Source: Escherichia phage JM17. From it: 64,000 nucleotides of DNA. This document shows positions 28,901-38,188 of the stretch, piece by piece. The DNA lies in the sequence record PP400779; one strand, 5' to 3'. The notes beneath the pieces were generated by a model. It made no database searches, was not told the DNA's origin, and saw only the letters and a program-made list of their open reading frames with translations. The translations under genes and the position numbers were made by a program. Every line of letters begins with the position of its first letter. Positions within the stretch are counted from its first letter, which is position 1.

Positions 28901-29807
28901 GACGCGATTTCTGGTCGCCTTCCCATATACGCCATAAACTATTTGCAGCATCAAAAACAAAAAACGCGTCAGAGTCATTTCTGCCTTCGGCAATATGAGT
29001 CCCGACTTCACCAATAGACGTTGTATCATCAAATGTTTTAACAATTGTATGATACAGTGGGTTTAATCTATCTAAATCGACTAGGCTGATTATATCACCA
29101 TTGTTAGCATTACGTGGAAGTGTAATGTTGATTGGTGCTGCACTAGTAAAACGACGAACGATAAAATCATTTGCTTGTGCTTGATATGGTGACGCAGGTG
29201 TAACAGTGATTGATTCTTTACCATAATCGGTAATATACATCTGCCACAAACGATTACTAAACACAAACAATAGTTGTGAACGCGGACGCGTCATTAAAAC
29301 CGTACGAACTTGTTCACCTCTAAAGTTTAAAATACTCTGTACAGACGCGTTAATCTGTACTTTAACTGTCCCGGTTCTTCCACCAATATCAGCCAAAACA
29401 ACAGTATCGCCATCAACCGGCGTATTCGGCAACGTGAAAACCATATCATTGCCGGCACCAGTGTTAACCGAAATCGATTCACCTGAAGAAAGTTGATAAG
29501 TCCCAGAAGCGACAGTTATCCATTGCGCGTCGGTACGAACTGCACGCCATTGTAAAAGGTTAAATGCCCCGGAAGGAGACACGATATCATTTATTGCTTG
29601 ATATAAACGGTTGTCATAAAGAACAACAAATCCTTTGTTATATCCACGTGTAGAATCATATACTTGAACGGTGTTTTCTTGTACCAGGAAGTCAACGTTT
29701 ACGCCATCAGTACCTACTGTACGGTCGGCTAATGCTACGTTAACAATCTTGTCGCCACCGGCGTCCAGACCGTCTTCGGCTCTGAACTTACGTTTGATGT
29801 CGGCCAT
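25932..29807 (-). CDS. 34: gp34, long tail fibre proximal subunit
   Basis: 1291 aa, N-terminus MADIKRKFRAEDGLDAGGDKIVNVALADRT; size and position match T4 gp34. Confidence 0.92.
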   Translation of the reverse strand: MADIKRKFRAEDGLDAGGDKIVNVALADRTVGTDGVNVDFLVQENTVQVYDSTRGYNKGFVVLYDNRLYQAINDIVSPSGAFNLLQWRAVRTDAQWITVASGTYQLSSGESISVNTGAGNDMVFTLPNTPVDGDTVVLADIGGRTGTVKVQINASVQSILNFRGEQVRTVLMTRPRSQLLFVFSNRLWQMYITDYGKESITVTPASPYQAQANDFIVRRFTSAAPINITLPRNANNGDIISLVDLDRLNPLYHTIVKTFDDTTSIGEVGTHIAEGRNDSDAFFVFDAANSLWRIWEGDQKSRLRIIRADSNIRPNEEVLIFGTNNGTAGTINLTLPSGILSGDTVKISMNYMRKGQTVKIKAAEGDTIASSVALLQFPKRSEYPPDAQWVSVTELEFNGTTSYVPVLELAYIEDTVAGTRYWVVQQNVPTVERVDAGTDATRARLGVIALATQAQANVDLENTPAKEVAITPETLANRTATEARRGIAKIATTAQVNQNSTASFVDDTIVTPKKLNERTATETRRGLAEIATQAETDAGLDDTTIITPKKLQARQGSETLSGIVKYVSTTSATPAETRGAAGTNVYNKTVNNLTISPKALDQYKATYAQQGAVILAVDSEVIAGQSQAGYSHAVVTPETLHKKTSTDGRIGLIEIATQTETNAGTDYTRAVTPKTLNDRKATEGLSGIAELATQVEFDTGTDDTRISTPLKIKTHFDSSDRTSVNSDSGLIEEGTLWNHYTLDISKANETQRGTLRVATQAESNAGTLDDVLITPKKLLGTKSTETSEGVIKVATQAETVTGTSANTAVSPKNLKWIVQNEPTWAATTAIRGFVKTSSGSITFVGNDTVGSTQPLESYEKNSYAISPYELNRVLANYLPLKAKAADANLLDGLDSSQFIRRDIAQTVNGSLTLTQQTNLSAPLVSTSTATFGGSVSANSTLTISNTGTATRLIFEKGPQTGTNPAQTMTIRVCGNEFGDGSDTTRSTVFEVGDETSNHFYSQRNKAGNITFSINGTVMPINVNASGTLNANGVATFGRSVTANGEFISKSANAFRAISGDYGFFIRNDGGSTYFMLTASGDQTGGFNGLRPLSINNQSGQITIGEGLIIANGATINSGGLTVNSRIRSQGTKTSDLYTRAPTSDNVGFWSIDINDSATYNQFPGYFKMVEKTNEVTGLPYLERGEEVKSPGTLTQFGNTLDSLYQDWITYPTTPEARTTRWTRTWQKTKNSWSSFVQVFDGGNPPQPSDIGALPSDNATIGNLTIRDFLRIGNVRIIPDPVNKSVKFEWIE

Positions 29808-29837
29808 TCGTTTTTCCTTTATTGTTTCAATAATACT

Positions 29838-29845
29838 TATTTATA
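29838..29845 (-). promoter_or_regulatory. late promoter TATAAATA for gene 34
   Basis: tataaata on the - strand about 30 nt upstream of the gene 34 start. Confidence 0.5.
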
Positions 29846-29848
29846 CCA

Positions 29849-29878
29849 GTTTACGCTTTCAAATGAGTGTGTTACTAT
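29849..29878 (+). promoter_or_regulatory. T4-type early promoter (GTTTAC -35, TACTAT -10) for rnh
   Basis: 18-bp spacer; divergent from the gene 34 late promoter. Confidence 0.5.
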
Positions 29879-29910
29879 AGACAAGTTGACTAACTGAACA
29901 AGAGGTTCAT

Positions 29911-30828
29911 ATGGATTTAGAAATGATGTTGGATGAAGATTACAAAGAAGGTATTGCACTTGCTGACTTTAGTAACATTGCATTGGCAGCCGCATTAAAC
30001 AACTTTGAAGACGGCGATAAAATTACCGTTCCGATGGTTCGCCATGTAATCTTGAATTCAATTCGTAAAAACGTAGTGATGTTCCGTAAGCAAGGCTATA
30101 CAAAATTTGTATTGTGTATGGATAATGCTACTTCGGGTTATTGGCGTCGTGACTTTGCTTACTATTACAAGAAAAATCGTAAAACCGATCGTGAAGCTTC
30201 AAAGTGGGATTGGGAAGGATATTTTACTGCACTCCATCAAGTTGTTGATGAGATTAAGAAATACATGCCATACGTTGTAATGGATATTGACAAGTATGAA
30301 GCGGATGACCATATCGGTGTATTAACTAAATATTTGTCATTAGCTGGACATAAAGTATGTATTGTTGCATCGGATGGCGACTTTACACAATTACACAAAT
30401 ATCCTAACGTTAAACAGTGGTCGCCACCACAGAAAAAATGGGTTAAAATTAAGAATGGTTCTGCTGAAATTGATTGCATGACTAAAATTCTTAAAGGTGA
30501 CCGTAAGGATGGTGTTGCATCTGTTCGAGTTCGTGGCGACTTCTGGTTTACCAGAGTTGATGGTGAACGAACTCCGAGTATGAAAACATCGATTATTGAA
30601 GCAATTGCCAACGACCGTTCTCAAGCTGAAGTATTATTAAGTGCAGAAGAATATAAACGGTATCAAGAAAATTTGGTTCTCATTGATTTTGATTATATCC
30701 CTGATAATATTGCTTCAACCATTATAGAGTATTATAACTCATATAAACAACAACCTAAAGGCAAGATTTATTCATACTTTGTAAAATCTGGTCTTTCTAA
30801 ATTATCAAGTGTAATTAATGAATTCTGA
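29911..30828 (+). CDS. rnh: RNase H (5'-3' exonuclease)
   Basis: 305 aa; N-terminus MDLEMMLDEDYKEGI and YWRRDFAYYYKKNR match T4 RNase H. Confidence 0.93.
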   Translation: MDLEMMLDEDYKEGIALADFSNIALAAALNNFEDGDKITVPMVRHVILNSIRKNVVMFRKQGYTKFVLCMDNATSGYWRRDFAYYYKKNRKTDREASKWDWEGYFTALHQVVDEIKKYMPYVVMDIDKYEADDHIGVLTKYLSLAGHKVCIVASDGDFTQLHKYPNVKQWSPPQKKWVKIKNGSAEIDCMTKILKGDRKDGVASVRVRGDFWFTRVDGERTPSMKTSIIEAIANDRSQAEVLLSAEEYKRYQENLVLIDFDYIPDNIASTIIEYYNSYKQQPKGKIYSYFVKSGLSKLSSVINEF

Positions 30829-30835
30829 GGTAAAC

Positions 30836-31105
30836 ATGGCTAAGAAAGAAGCAGTTGAATTTAATCAAGATGTGCACGGTGAAGAACTGGCTAAACTAGT
30901 CAAGGAAGCTTCCGATAACAAACTTAAAATTTCTGGTTATAATGAACTGATTAAAGACATTCGTACTCGTGCTAAAGAAGAGCTTGGTGTCGATGGAAAA
31001 ATGTTTAATCGTTTGTTAGCTCTTTATCATAAAGACGCTCGTGATCAATTTGAAGCTGAAAACGAAGAGGTAGTCGAGCTTTATGACACAGTTTTCACTA
31101 AGTGA
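30836..31105 (+). CDS. dsbA: double-stranded DNA-binding protein DsbA
   Basis: 89 aa from the ATG at 30836 with ribosome-binding site; between rnh and gene 33. Confidence 0.75.
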   Translation: MAKKEAVEFNQDVHGEELAKLVKEASDNKLKISGYNELIKDIRTRAKEELGVDGKMFNRLLALYHKDARDQFEAENEEVVELYDTVFTK

Positions 31106-31421
31106 TATTAAACCGGTTGATGAGGCCGATTTATCTGAACAAGAATTAGCAGTAAAACACGATAAAGATGATATCGCTAAATTGCTTGACCGACAAGAAA
31201 ACGGATTCATTATCGAATCCATGGTTGAACAATTTGGTATGTCTTATTTAGAAGCAACAACTGCTTTCTTGGAAGAAAATTCTATTCCAGAAACACAATT
31301 TGCTAAATTTATTCCTACAGGAATTGTTGAAAAAATTACAAGCGAAGCAATTGACGAAAACATGCTTCGCCCATCAGTTGCTCGTGGTGAAAAAACTAAT
31401 ACGTTAGATTTCTTATTATGA
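31083..31421 (+). CDS. 33: gp33, late transcription co-activator
   Basis: 112 aa, acidic; T4 size and synteny. Confidence 0.8.
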   Translation: MTQFSLSDIKPVDEADLSEQELAVKHDKDDIAKLLDRQENGFIIESMVEQFGMSYLEATTAFLEENSIPETQFAKFIPTGIVEKITSEAIDENMLRPSVARGEKTNTLDFLL

Positions 31422-32071
31422 TTAAAATACGCATGCCTCCTGATGGAGAACGTTATATTAACGGAAAATCGGTATACAAACTATACTTGATGTGCAAACA
31501 ACATTTTAATGGTCGGTATGACGTAATCAAATATAACTGGTGCATGCGTGTTTCGGATAATGCGTATCAAAAACGCCGAGATAAATATTTCTTTGAAAAA
31601 CTAGCAGAGAAATATAAATTGAAGGAACTCACCTTGATATTCATAAGCAACTTAGTTGCTAACCAAGACGCATGGATTGGTGAGATATCAGACGCTGATG
31701 CATTAGTTTTCTATAGGGAATATATTGGACGTCTCAAACAAGCCAAGGAGACGTTTGCTGAAGACGTACGTAACATCTACTATTTCAGTAAGAAAGTTGA
31801 AGTTAGTGCGCTTCAAGAGATATTTGATTATAATAACAACGTTCAGTCGAGCTACATATTTAAATTGCTACAAAGCAATATAATTTCATTTGAAACTTTC
31901 TTATTGTTGGACTCGTTTTTGAATATTATAGATAAGCACGACGAACTCACTGATAACTTAGTCTGGCAAAATTATTCTACCAAATTAAAGGCATATCGAA
32001 AAATACTTCAAATCGATGGAAATGTTGCTAAGAAATTGTTCATAGAAACAATCAAATCATGTAAGTATTAA
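31418..32071 (+). CDS. 59: gp59, helicase loader
   Basis: 217 aa; N-terminus MIKIRMPPDGERYINGKSVYKLYLM and NWCMRVSD match T4 gp59. Confidence 0.93.
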   Translation: MIKIRMPPDGERYINGKSVYKLYLMCKQHFNGRYDVIKYNWCMRVSDNAYQKRRDKYFFEKLAEKYKLKELTLIFISNLVANQDAWIGEISDADALVFYREYIGRLKQAKETFAEDVRNIYYFSKKVEVSALQEIFDYNNNVQSSYIFKLLQSNIISFETFLLLDSFLNIIDKHDELTDNLVWQNYSTKLKAYRKILQIDGNVAKKLFIETIKSCKY

Positions 32072-32072
32072 G

Positions 32073-32097
32073 CTTTATTTCTTGTGTGTTAAAATTA
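32073..32097 (+). promoter_or_regulatory. possible middle promoter for gene 32
   Basis: MotA-box-like agcttta, 12-bp gap, then taaaat. Confidence 0.3.
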
Positions 32098-32100
32098 CTT

Positions 32101-32108
32101 TATAAATA
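32101..32108 (+). promoter_or_regulatory. late promoter TATAAATA for gene 32
   Basis: Exact tataaata 82 nt upstream of the gene 32 ATG. Confidence 0.45.
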
Positions 32109-32118
32109 AATCATACCA

Positions 32119-32180
32119 GCTACGAGGTATAAGTGTCGTAGCAACCAACTGTAAATAAATTAAATAATCTAAATAAAAGG
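32119..32180 (+). promoter_or_regulatory. gene 32 translational operator (hairpin plus unstructured A/U-rich leader)
   Basis: Hairpin gctacga...tcgtagc (32119-32142) followed by repeated UAAAUA elements up to the ribosome-binding site, as in the T4 gp32 autoregulatory leader. Confidence 0.5.
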
Positions 32181-32189
32181 TAATAATCC

Positions 32190-33092
32190 ATGTTTAAACG
32201 TAAATCTACTGCTGACCTCGCTGCTCAAATGGCTAAACTGAATGGTAACAAAGGTTTCTCTTCAGAAGATAAAGGCGAATGGAAGCTGAAGCTAGATGCA
32301 TCCGGTAATGGTCAAGCGGTAATTCGTTTCCTGCCGGCAAAAACAGATGACGCACTTCCGTTTACAATTCTTGTTAACCACGGGTTCAAGAAAAATGGTA
32401 AATGGTATATTGAAACCTGTTCATCTACACACGGCGATTATGACTCTTGTCCTGTATGTCAGTACATTAGTAAAAATGACCTGTACAATACAAACAAAAC
32501 CGAATATTCTCAACTGAAACGTAAAACTTCTTATTGGGCTAATATCCTGGTTGTTAAAGACCCACAAGCTCCAGATAATGAAGGTAAAGTATTCAAATAT
32601 CGTTTCGGTAAAAAGATTTGGGACAAAATCAATGCAATGATTGCAGTCGATACTGAAATGGGTGAAACTCCTGTTGATGTAACTTGCCCATGGGAAGGTG
32701 CTAACTTTGTGCTGAAAGTTAAACAGGTTTCTGGTTTCAGTAACTACGATGAATCTAAATTCCTGAATCAATCTGCGATTCCAAACATTGATGATGAATC
32801 TTTCCAGAAAGAATTGTTCGAACAAATGGTTGACCTTTCTGAAATGACTTCTAAAGATAAGTTCAAATCGTTTGAAGAATTGAATACTAAATTTAATCAA
32901 GTTCTTGGTACTGCCGCTCTTGGTGGTGCAGCAGCCGCAGCAGCTTCTGTTGCAGATAAAGTTGCTTCTGACCTTGACGATTTTGATAAAGACATGGAAG
33001 CCTTTAGTTCAGCAAAAACTGAAGATGACTTCATGAGCTCTACCTCATCCTCTGATGATGGCGACCTCGATGACCTGTTAGCTGGTCTATAA
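32190..33092 (+). CDS. 32: gp32, single-stranded DNA-binding protein
   Basis: 300 aa; N-terminus [36 protein letters not shown] near-identical to T4 gp32. Confidence 0.95.
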   Translation: MFKRKSTADLAAQMAKLNGNKGFSSEDKGEWKLKLDASGNGQAVIRFLPAKTDDALPFTILVNHGFKKNGKWYIETCSSTHGDYDSCPVCQYISKNDLYNTNKTEYSQLKRKTSYWANILVVKDPQAPDNEGKVFKYRFGKKIWDKINAMIAVDTEMGETPVDVTCPWEGANFVLKVKQVSGFSNYDESKFLNQSAIPNIDDESFQKELFEQMVDLSEMTSKDKFKSFEELNTKFNQVLGTAALGGAAAAAASVADKVASDLDDFDKDMEAFSSAKTEDDFMSSTSSSDDGDLDDLLAGL

Positions 33093-33098
33093 TAAATT

Positions 33099-33120
33099 GG
33101 GAGACTTCGGTCTCCCTTTT
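33099..33120 (+). terminator. intrinsic terminator (GGGAGAC-UUCG-GUCUCCC plus T4)
   Basis: gggagacttcggtctccc followed by tttt after gene 32. Confidence 0.65.
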
Positions 33121-33147
33121 GAGTATCTGTAAATTGCCGAAAAAGTT

Positions 33148-33176
33148 GTTTACTTCTTCCCTGGACGTGTTAGTAT
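33148..33176 (+). promoter_or_regulatory. T4-type early promoter (GTTTAC -35, TAGTAT -10)
   Basis: 17-bp spacer. Confidence 0.5.
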
Positions 33177-33205
33177 AGACCTATCAACAACATGAGGAAA
33201 TCAAA

Positions 33206-33598
33206 ATGGAAATCGGAAAATCTTATATCATTAACCCTTTATTTAAAGATGACTTTGTTCAAGAAGCACCACACAATAACGCTAAGATGTTAAAATTGAT
33301 TGAACTCCACGGGCCTAGTTTTGTTGTAAACGGAATGGAACCTGATTATGATAACGATACGTCAAACGTAGTAAGTGTAACTATGGAAGACGGTACTGTA
33401 TGTTCTGCCGGTGGTGAAATTGAAACTTATTTTGAGATTTATCATGATGAGTTCAAATACTTTACTGAGGTAGATTTAGTAAAGCCTCAACCTACTAACG
33501 AAGGTATAACTTTAGGTGTAACAAAAATCCATTGTATCGTAGATGAAACCAACGTCGACGAAATCATCAAACTTTTGCAAAAAACTTTTAAAAAGTAG
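33206..33598 (+). CDS. hypothetical protein (130 aa)
   Basis: ORF with ribosome-binding site downstream of the promoter. Confidence 0.55.
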   Translation: MEIGKSYIINPLFKDDFVQEAPHNNAKMLKLIELHGPSFVVNGMEPDYDNDTSNVVSVTMEDGTVCSAGGEIETYFEIYHDEFKYFTEVDLVKPQPTNEGITLGVTKIHCIVDETNVDEIIKLLQKTFKK

Positions 33599-33627
33599 TG
33601 TACAATCAGATAGGGTTATGTTATAGT
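33598..33627 (+). promoter_or_regulatory. early promoter (GTGTAC -35, TATAGT -10)
   Basis: 18-bp spacer; -10 flanked by inverted repeat gataggg / ccctatc. Confidence 0.45.
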
Positions 33628-33662
33628 AGCCCTATCAAATCAAAAGTGAAGCGGAGAATAAA

Positions 33663-33911
33663 ATGCGATTGCAACGCCAGAGCATCAAAGATTCTGAAGT
33701 TAGAGGTAAATGGTACTTCAACATCGTTGGTAAAGACGCTGAACTCCTTGAACAAGCTGAAGAAGCTTTACGTGAAATGGGTTGGAACGAAGAATGTGAT
33801 GGATGTCCACTCTACGAAGATGGTGAAAGTGCAGGATTCTGGATTCACCACTCTGATGTTGAATCGTTTAAAGCTGATTGGAAAGTTGTTAAGAAAAATC
33901 TGAGGAAATAA
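33663..33911 (+). CDS. hypothetical protein (82 aa)
   Basis: ORF with ribosome-binding site GGAGAA; preferred over the overlapping 33598-33903 frame, whose start lies inside the promoter. Confidence 0.5.
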   Translation: MRLQRQSIKDSEVRGKWYFNIVGKDAELLEQAEEALREMGWNEECDGCPLYEDGESAGFWIHHSDVESFKADWKVVKKNLRK

Positions 33912-33913
33912 AA

Positions 33914-34501
33914 ATGCTTAAATTAGTATTCGCATGTGCTCCGTCTAAAACAGTCGATGATAAACTGGAATATGCTTTTGGATTAGGTGATGGACTACCA
34001 TGGAAGCATATCAAACAAGATATGAGTAACTTTGTTGCTCGCACTAAAAACACTGTAATGGTTATGGGTGCTAAGACATTTGCATCATTACCTCGTCTAC
34101 TCCCAGATCGTACTCATGTGGTTGTCACTGATATGGCCAGAAAACTGCCTAGGACTAAAACTGATGAACTTGCACGGTTCTATATCACACAAGCAGAATT
34201 TATTACCTTGGTAATGGGTGGTGAAATTAACCTGTTTAGCCCTGCAACTGACGTACCGTTTAAACTTTCTACTGAACATATTGATGTATCTGTTATTGGT
34301 GGTCCTGCTCTACTTAAACAAGCACTGCCTTATGCCGATGAAATCGTGATGACTAAAATCATTAAGAAATGTCGTGTTAATTCCGATGTTCAACTTGATA
34401 AAGATTTCGTCCAAGATATTATGCTTCAACGTTCTATGGTAGAATCTCATTACTACAGAATCGATGAACTCACCGAAATTACTGAGAGCGTATATAAATG
34501 A
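33914..34501 (+). CDS. frd: dihydrofolate reductase
   Basis: 195 aa; N-terminus MLKLVFACAPSKTVDDKLEYAFGLGDGLPW and VSVIGGPALL match T4 Frd. Confidence 0.92.
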   Translation: MLKLVFACAPSKTVDDKLEYAFGLGDGLPWKHIKQDMSNFVARTKNTVMVMGAKTFASLPRLLPDRTHVVVTDMARKLPRTKTDELARFYITQAEFITLVMGGEINLFSPATDVPFKLSTEHIDVSVIGGPALLKQALPYADEIVMTKIIKKCRVNSDVQLDKDFVQDIMLQRSMVESHYYRIDELTEITESVYK

Positions 34502-35046
34502 AACAATACCAATACCTGATTAAAGATATCTTAGAAAATGGCTACGAGACAGACGACCGTACAGGTACCGGCACTATTGCCCTGTTCGGAACTAAATTAC
34601 GTTGGGACCTTACTAAAGGATTTCCTGCAGTAACAACTAAGAAATTAGCATGGAAAGCTTGTATTGCCGAGTTACTGTGGTTCATGTCTGGTTCTACCAA
34701 TGTTAATGATTTGCGTATTCGTACTCATGGTAGTCTTATTCAAGGTAAAACTATTTGGGACGACAACTATGAAAATCAGGCAAAAGACCTTGGATATCAT
34801 AGCGGCGAACTTGGTCCTATTTATGGTAAGCAATGGCGTGATTTTGGTGGTGTAGACCAATTAGTTGAAACAATCGACCGTATTAAAAAATTACCAACTG
34901 ATCGTCGTCAAATTGTTTCTGCCTGGAATCCAGCTGAAATAAATCAAATGGCTCTTCCTCCTTGTCATATGTTCTATCAGTTCAATGTGCGTAATGGTCA
35001 TCTTGATTTACAATGGTATCAACGCAGTGTAGATGTTTTCTTGGGT
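34498..35046 (+). CDS. td: thymidylate synthase, exon 1
   Basis: Matches T4 TS residues 1-183, ending ...QRSVDVFLG; the in-frame stop directly after GGT is the first intron triplet. Confidence 0.93.
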
Positions 35047-36063
35047 TAATTTAGGCCTGGGTATAAGGTGACTTATACTTGTAATCTATCTAAACGGGGA
35101 ACCTCTCTAGTAGACAATCCCGTGCTAAATTGTAGGACTACCCTTTAATAAATACTTCTATATTTTAAAGAGGTGTTTATGAAAAGCGGAATTTATCAGA
35201 TTAAAAACACTTTAAATGGTAAAGTGTATGTTGGAAGTGCTAAAGATTTTGAGAAAAGATGGAAGAGACATTTTAAAGACCTTGAAAATGGTGTTCACTC
35301 TTCTATAAAATTTCAAAGGTCTTTTAATAAACATGGTAATGTTTTTGAATGCTCTATACTGGAAGAAATTCCATATGAGAAAGATTTGATTATTGAACGA
35401 GAAAATTTTTGGATTAACGAGTTAAATTCTAAAATTAATGGATATAATATTGCTGATGCGTCCTTTGGCGACACATTTTCAAATCACCCATTAAAGGAAG
35501 AAATTGCTAAGAAACGAGCTGAAACGGTTAAAGCTAAGATGCTTAAGCTTGGTCCTGATGGTCGAAAAGCCGTTTATGGTAAACCCGGAAGTGAAAACGG
35601 ACGATGGAATCCAGAAAACCACAAGTTTTGTAAATGTGGTGTTCGCATACCAACTTCAGCCAACACTTGTAGAAAGTGTCGAAAACGTTCAGGTGAAAAT
35701 AATCCATTCTTTAATCATAAACATTCAGAAAAAACTAAAACTAAACTATCAGAAAAGATGAAAGGTAAAAAGCCATCTAACATCAAAAAGATTTCATGTG
35801 ATGGTATTATTTTTGAATGTGCAGCTGATGCGGCCAGACATTTTGAAATTTCATCTGGATTAGTTACTTACCGTGTAAAATCTGATAAGTGGAATTGGTT
35901 CTACATAAATGCCTAACGACTATCCCTTTAGGGAGTAGGGTCAAGTGACTCGAAACGATAGACAACTTGCTTTAACAAGTTGGAGATATAGTCTGCTCTG
36001 CATGGTGACATGCAGCTGGATATAATTCCGGGATAAGATTAACGACCTTATCTGAACATAATG
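35047..36063 (+). mobile_element. td group I self-splicing intron (1017 bp)
   Basis: 5' end taattt...ggcctgggtataaggtgacttatac and 3' end ...ctgaacataatg match the T4 td intron; the TS frame resumes at 36064. Confidence 0.9.
35179..35916 (+). CDS. intron-encoded GIY-YIG homing endonuclease I-TevI
   Basis: 245 aa from the ATG at 35179; MKSGIYQIKNTLNGKVYVGSAKDFEKRWKRHF matches T4 I-TevI. Confidence 0.93.
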   Translation: MKSGIYQIKNTLNGKVYVGSAKDFEKRWKRHFKDLENGVHSSIKFQRSFNKHGNVFECSILEEIPYEKDLIIERENFWINELNSKINGYNIADASFGDTFSNHPLKEEIAKKRAETVKAKMLKLGPDGRKAVYGKPGSENGRWNPENHKFCKCGVRIPTSANTCRKCRKRSGENNPFFNHKHSEKTKTKLSEKMKGKKPSNIKKISCDGIIFECAADAARHFEISSGLVTYRVKSDKWNWFYINA

Positions 36064-36375
36064 CTACCGTTCAACATTGCCTCGTACGCTGCCTTGACGC
36101 ATATTGTAGCGAAGATGTGTAACCTTATCCCAGGTGATTTAGTGTTCTCAGGTGGCAATACGCATATCTACAGCAATCATGTAGAACAATGCAAAGAAGT
36201 TCTTCGTCGTGAACCTAAAGAGTTATGTTCTCTTGAAATTAATTGGCCTAGTAATTTTGAGAATTGGCCTACAAAAATCCAAATGGACTGGGTTACTGGA
36301 ACAATGACACATTCTGATTTCGTTCTTAAAAATTACGAATCACATCCAGCTATCAAAGCTAAAATGGCGGTATAA
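36064..36375 (+). CDS. td: thymidylate synthase, exon 2
   Basis: Begins LPFNIASYA...; exon 1 plus exon 2 gives 286 aa, as in T4 TS. Confidence 0.93.
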   Translation, partial: LPFNIASYAALTHIVAKMCNLIPGDLVFSGGNTHIYSNHVEQCKEVLRREPKELCSLEINWPSNFENWPTKIQMDWVTGTMTHSDFVLKNYESHPAIKAKMAV

Positions 36376-36376
36376 A

Positions 36377-36631
36377 ATGATTTTACGTTTTATTAATTCA
36401 TATGGCACCACAATTTTTGAAATGAAAAATCCTACCGAACTGGATATCCCTTCACCGAATAGTGAAATCACAGTTAAAGGTGAACGATTCATTTGTTATT
36501 CACATGAACGAATTTATGAATATCGTGAATTTTGTGGTGGTTACGGTATGGAAAAAGAACCATTGGTTTATTTCGATATTACGGTCTTGACACCTAAAGA
36601 ATACGAAGAAATTATTGCTGAGGATAATTAA
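36377..36631 (+). CDS. hypothetical protein (84 aa)
   Basis: ORF starting 2 nt after the td stop. Confidence 0.45.
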   Translation: MILRFINSYGTTIFEMKNPTELDIPSPNSEITVKGERFICYSHERIYEYREFCGGYGMEKEPLVYFDITVLTPKEYEEIIAEDN

Positions 36632-36655
36632 CGCTTCAGTTTAAAAGTGTATAAT
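36630..36655 (+). promoter_or_regulatory. candidate MotA-dependent middle promoter for nrdA
   Basis: MotA-box-like aacgcttca, 11-bp gap, then tataat. Confidence 0.35.
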
Positions 36656-36718
36656 AAATTAACGGGATAAATACTATCCCGTTTGGAGTAATGTCTATCA
36701 ACCTATACTGAGGAATAT

Positions 36719-38143
36719 ATGCAAGTAACTAAGAGCAGTGGTGTATCCCAAAATTTTGATGCACAGAAAATTATTCAAGTCTTAACTTGGCAATGTGAAG
36801 GAACACAAATTGATCCATATGAATTGTACGAAGAAATTAAGACCCATCTTGTCGACGGGATGAGCACCAAAGATATCCAGAAGATTTGTATTAAAGTTGC
36901 AGCTAACTCGATTTCTGTCGAAGAACCTGATTATCAGTATGTCGCCGCCAAAGGGCTAATGTTTGCACTTCGTAAAGATGTATATGGGCAGTTTGAACCG
37001 CCTGCTTTTATCGACCATATTTCTTACTGTGTTAATGAAGGCAAATATGACCCTGAGCTGTTGTCTCAATATTCAGCAGAAGAAATCATTTATCTCGATT
37101 CACAGATTAAACATGAACGAGACTTTGACCTGACTTACGCTGGTGCTATGCAGCTTAAAGAAAAATATCTAGTTAAAGATAAAACAACTGGGAAGATTTA
37201 TGAAACTCCACAGTTTGCTATCATGGCTATTGGCATGGCCTTACATCAAGACGAAACTCATGACCGTTTGAAACATATTATTCGTTTTTATGACGCCGTT
37301 TCTACTCATCAAGTTTCATTGCCTACTCCAATTATGGCAGGTGCTCGTACTCCAACTCGCCAGTTCTCTAGTTGTGTAGTTATTGAAGCCGGTGATTCGT
37401 TAAAATCTATTAACAAAACTTCAGCATCAATTATTGAATATATTTCTAAACGAGCTGGTATTGGTATCAACGTTGGTATGCTTCGTGCAGAAGGTTCTAA
37501 GATCGGTATGGGTGAAGTTCGACATACGGGTGTTATTCCATTCTGGAAACATTTCCAAACTGCAGTAAAATCTTGTTCTCAAGGTGGTATTCGTGGTGGT
37601 GCTGCTACAGCGTATTATCCGATGTGGCACTTAGAAGTAGAGAACCTATTAGTTCTGAAAAATAACAAAGGCGTGGATGAAAACCGTATTCGACATATGG
37701 ACTACGGAATTCAGATTAATGACCTTATGATGGAACGCCTTGGTAAAAATGATTATATTACTTTATTTAGCCCTCACGAAATGTCAGGCGAACTATACTA
37801 CTCGTTCTTTGAAGATCAAGATAAATTCCGTGAGCTTTATGAGAAAGCTGAAAAAGACCCAACAATCAGAAAGAAAAGAATCAAAGCACTAGAACTCTTT
37901 GAATTGTTCATGACTGAACGTTCTGGCACCGCTCGAATTTATCCGCAATTCGTTGATAACACGAACAACTACACTCCATTTATTCGTGAAAAAGCTCCAA
38001 TTCGTCAGAGTAACTTATGTTGTGAAATCGCTATTCCAACTAATGATGTGAATGGGCAACAAACCCGTTTAATCAAAATTAAGAAGTCGGATGTAGCTAA
38101 GTTTTATGAAGCTAATCCTGGCGGTATAATTCAAAGCAAATAA
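36719..38143 (+). CDS. nrdA: ribonucleotide reductase alpha subunit, N-terminal fragment (NrdA-a)
   Basis: 474 aa; class Ia NrdA through the active-site loop SNLCCEIAIPTNDVN, then a 28-aa non-homologous tail and a stop. Confidence 0.9.
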   Translation: MQVTKSSGVSQNFDAQKIIQVLTWQCEGTQIDPYELYEEIKTHLVDGMSTKDIQKICIKVAANSISVEEPDYQYVAAKGLMFALRKDVYGQFEPPAFIDHISYCVNEGKYDPELLSQYSAEEIIYLDSQIKHERDFDLTYAGAMQLKEKYLVKDKTTGKIYETPQFAIMAIGMALHQDETHDRLKHIIRFYDAVSTHQVSLPTPIMAGARTPTRQFSSCVVIEAGDSLKSINKTSASIIEYISKRAGIGINVGMLRAEGSKIGMGEVRHTGVIPFWKHFQTAVKSCSQGGIRGGAATAYYPMWHLEVENLLVLKNNKGVDENRIRHMDYGIQINDLMMERLGKNDYITLFSPHEMSGELYYSFFEDQDKFRELYEKAEKDPTIRKKRIKALELFELFMTERSGTARIYPQFVDNTNNYTPFIREKAPIRQSNLCCEIAIPTNDVNGQQTRLIKIKKSDVAKFYEANPGGIIQSK

Positions 38144-38188
38144 AGTACACAGACCGTTAATAAATAATCCATAACAAGAGGAAAAGTT

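Noticed and set aside
33598-33903. 101-aa ORF in an alternative frame
   Set aside because: Its start lies inside the early promoter at 33598-33627 and it overlaps the better-supported 33663-33911 ORF.
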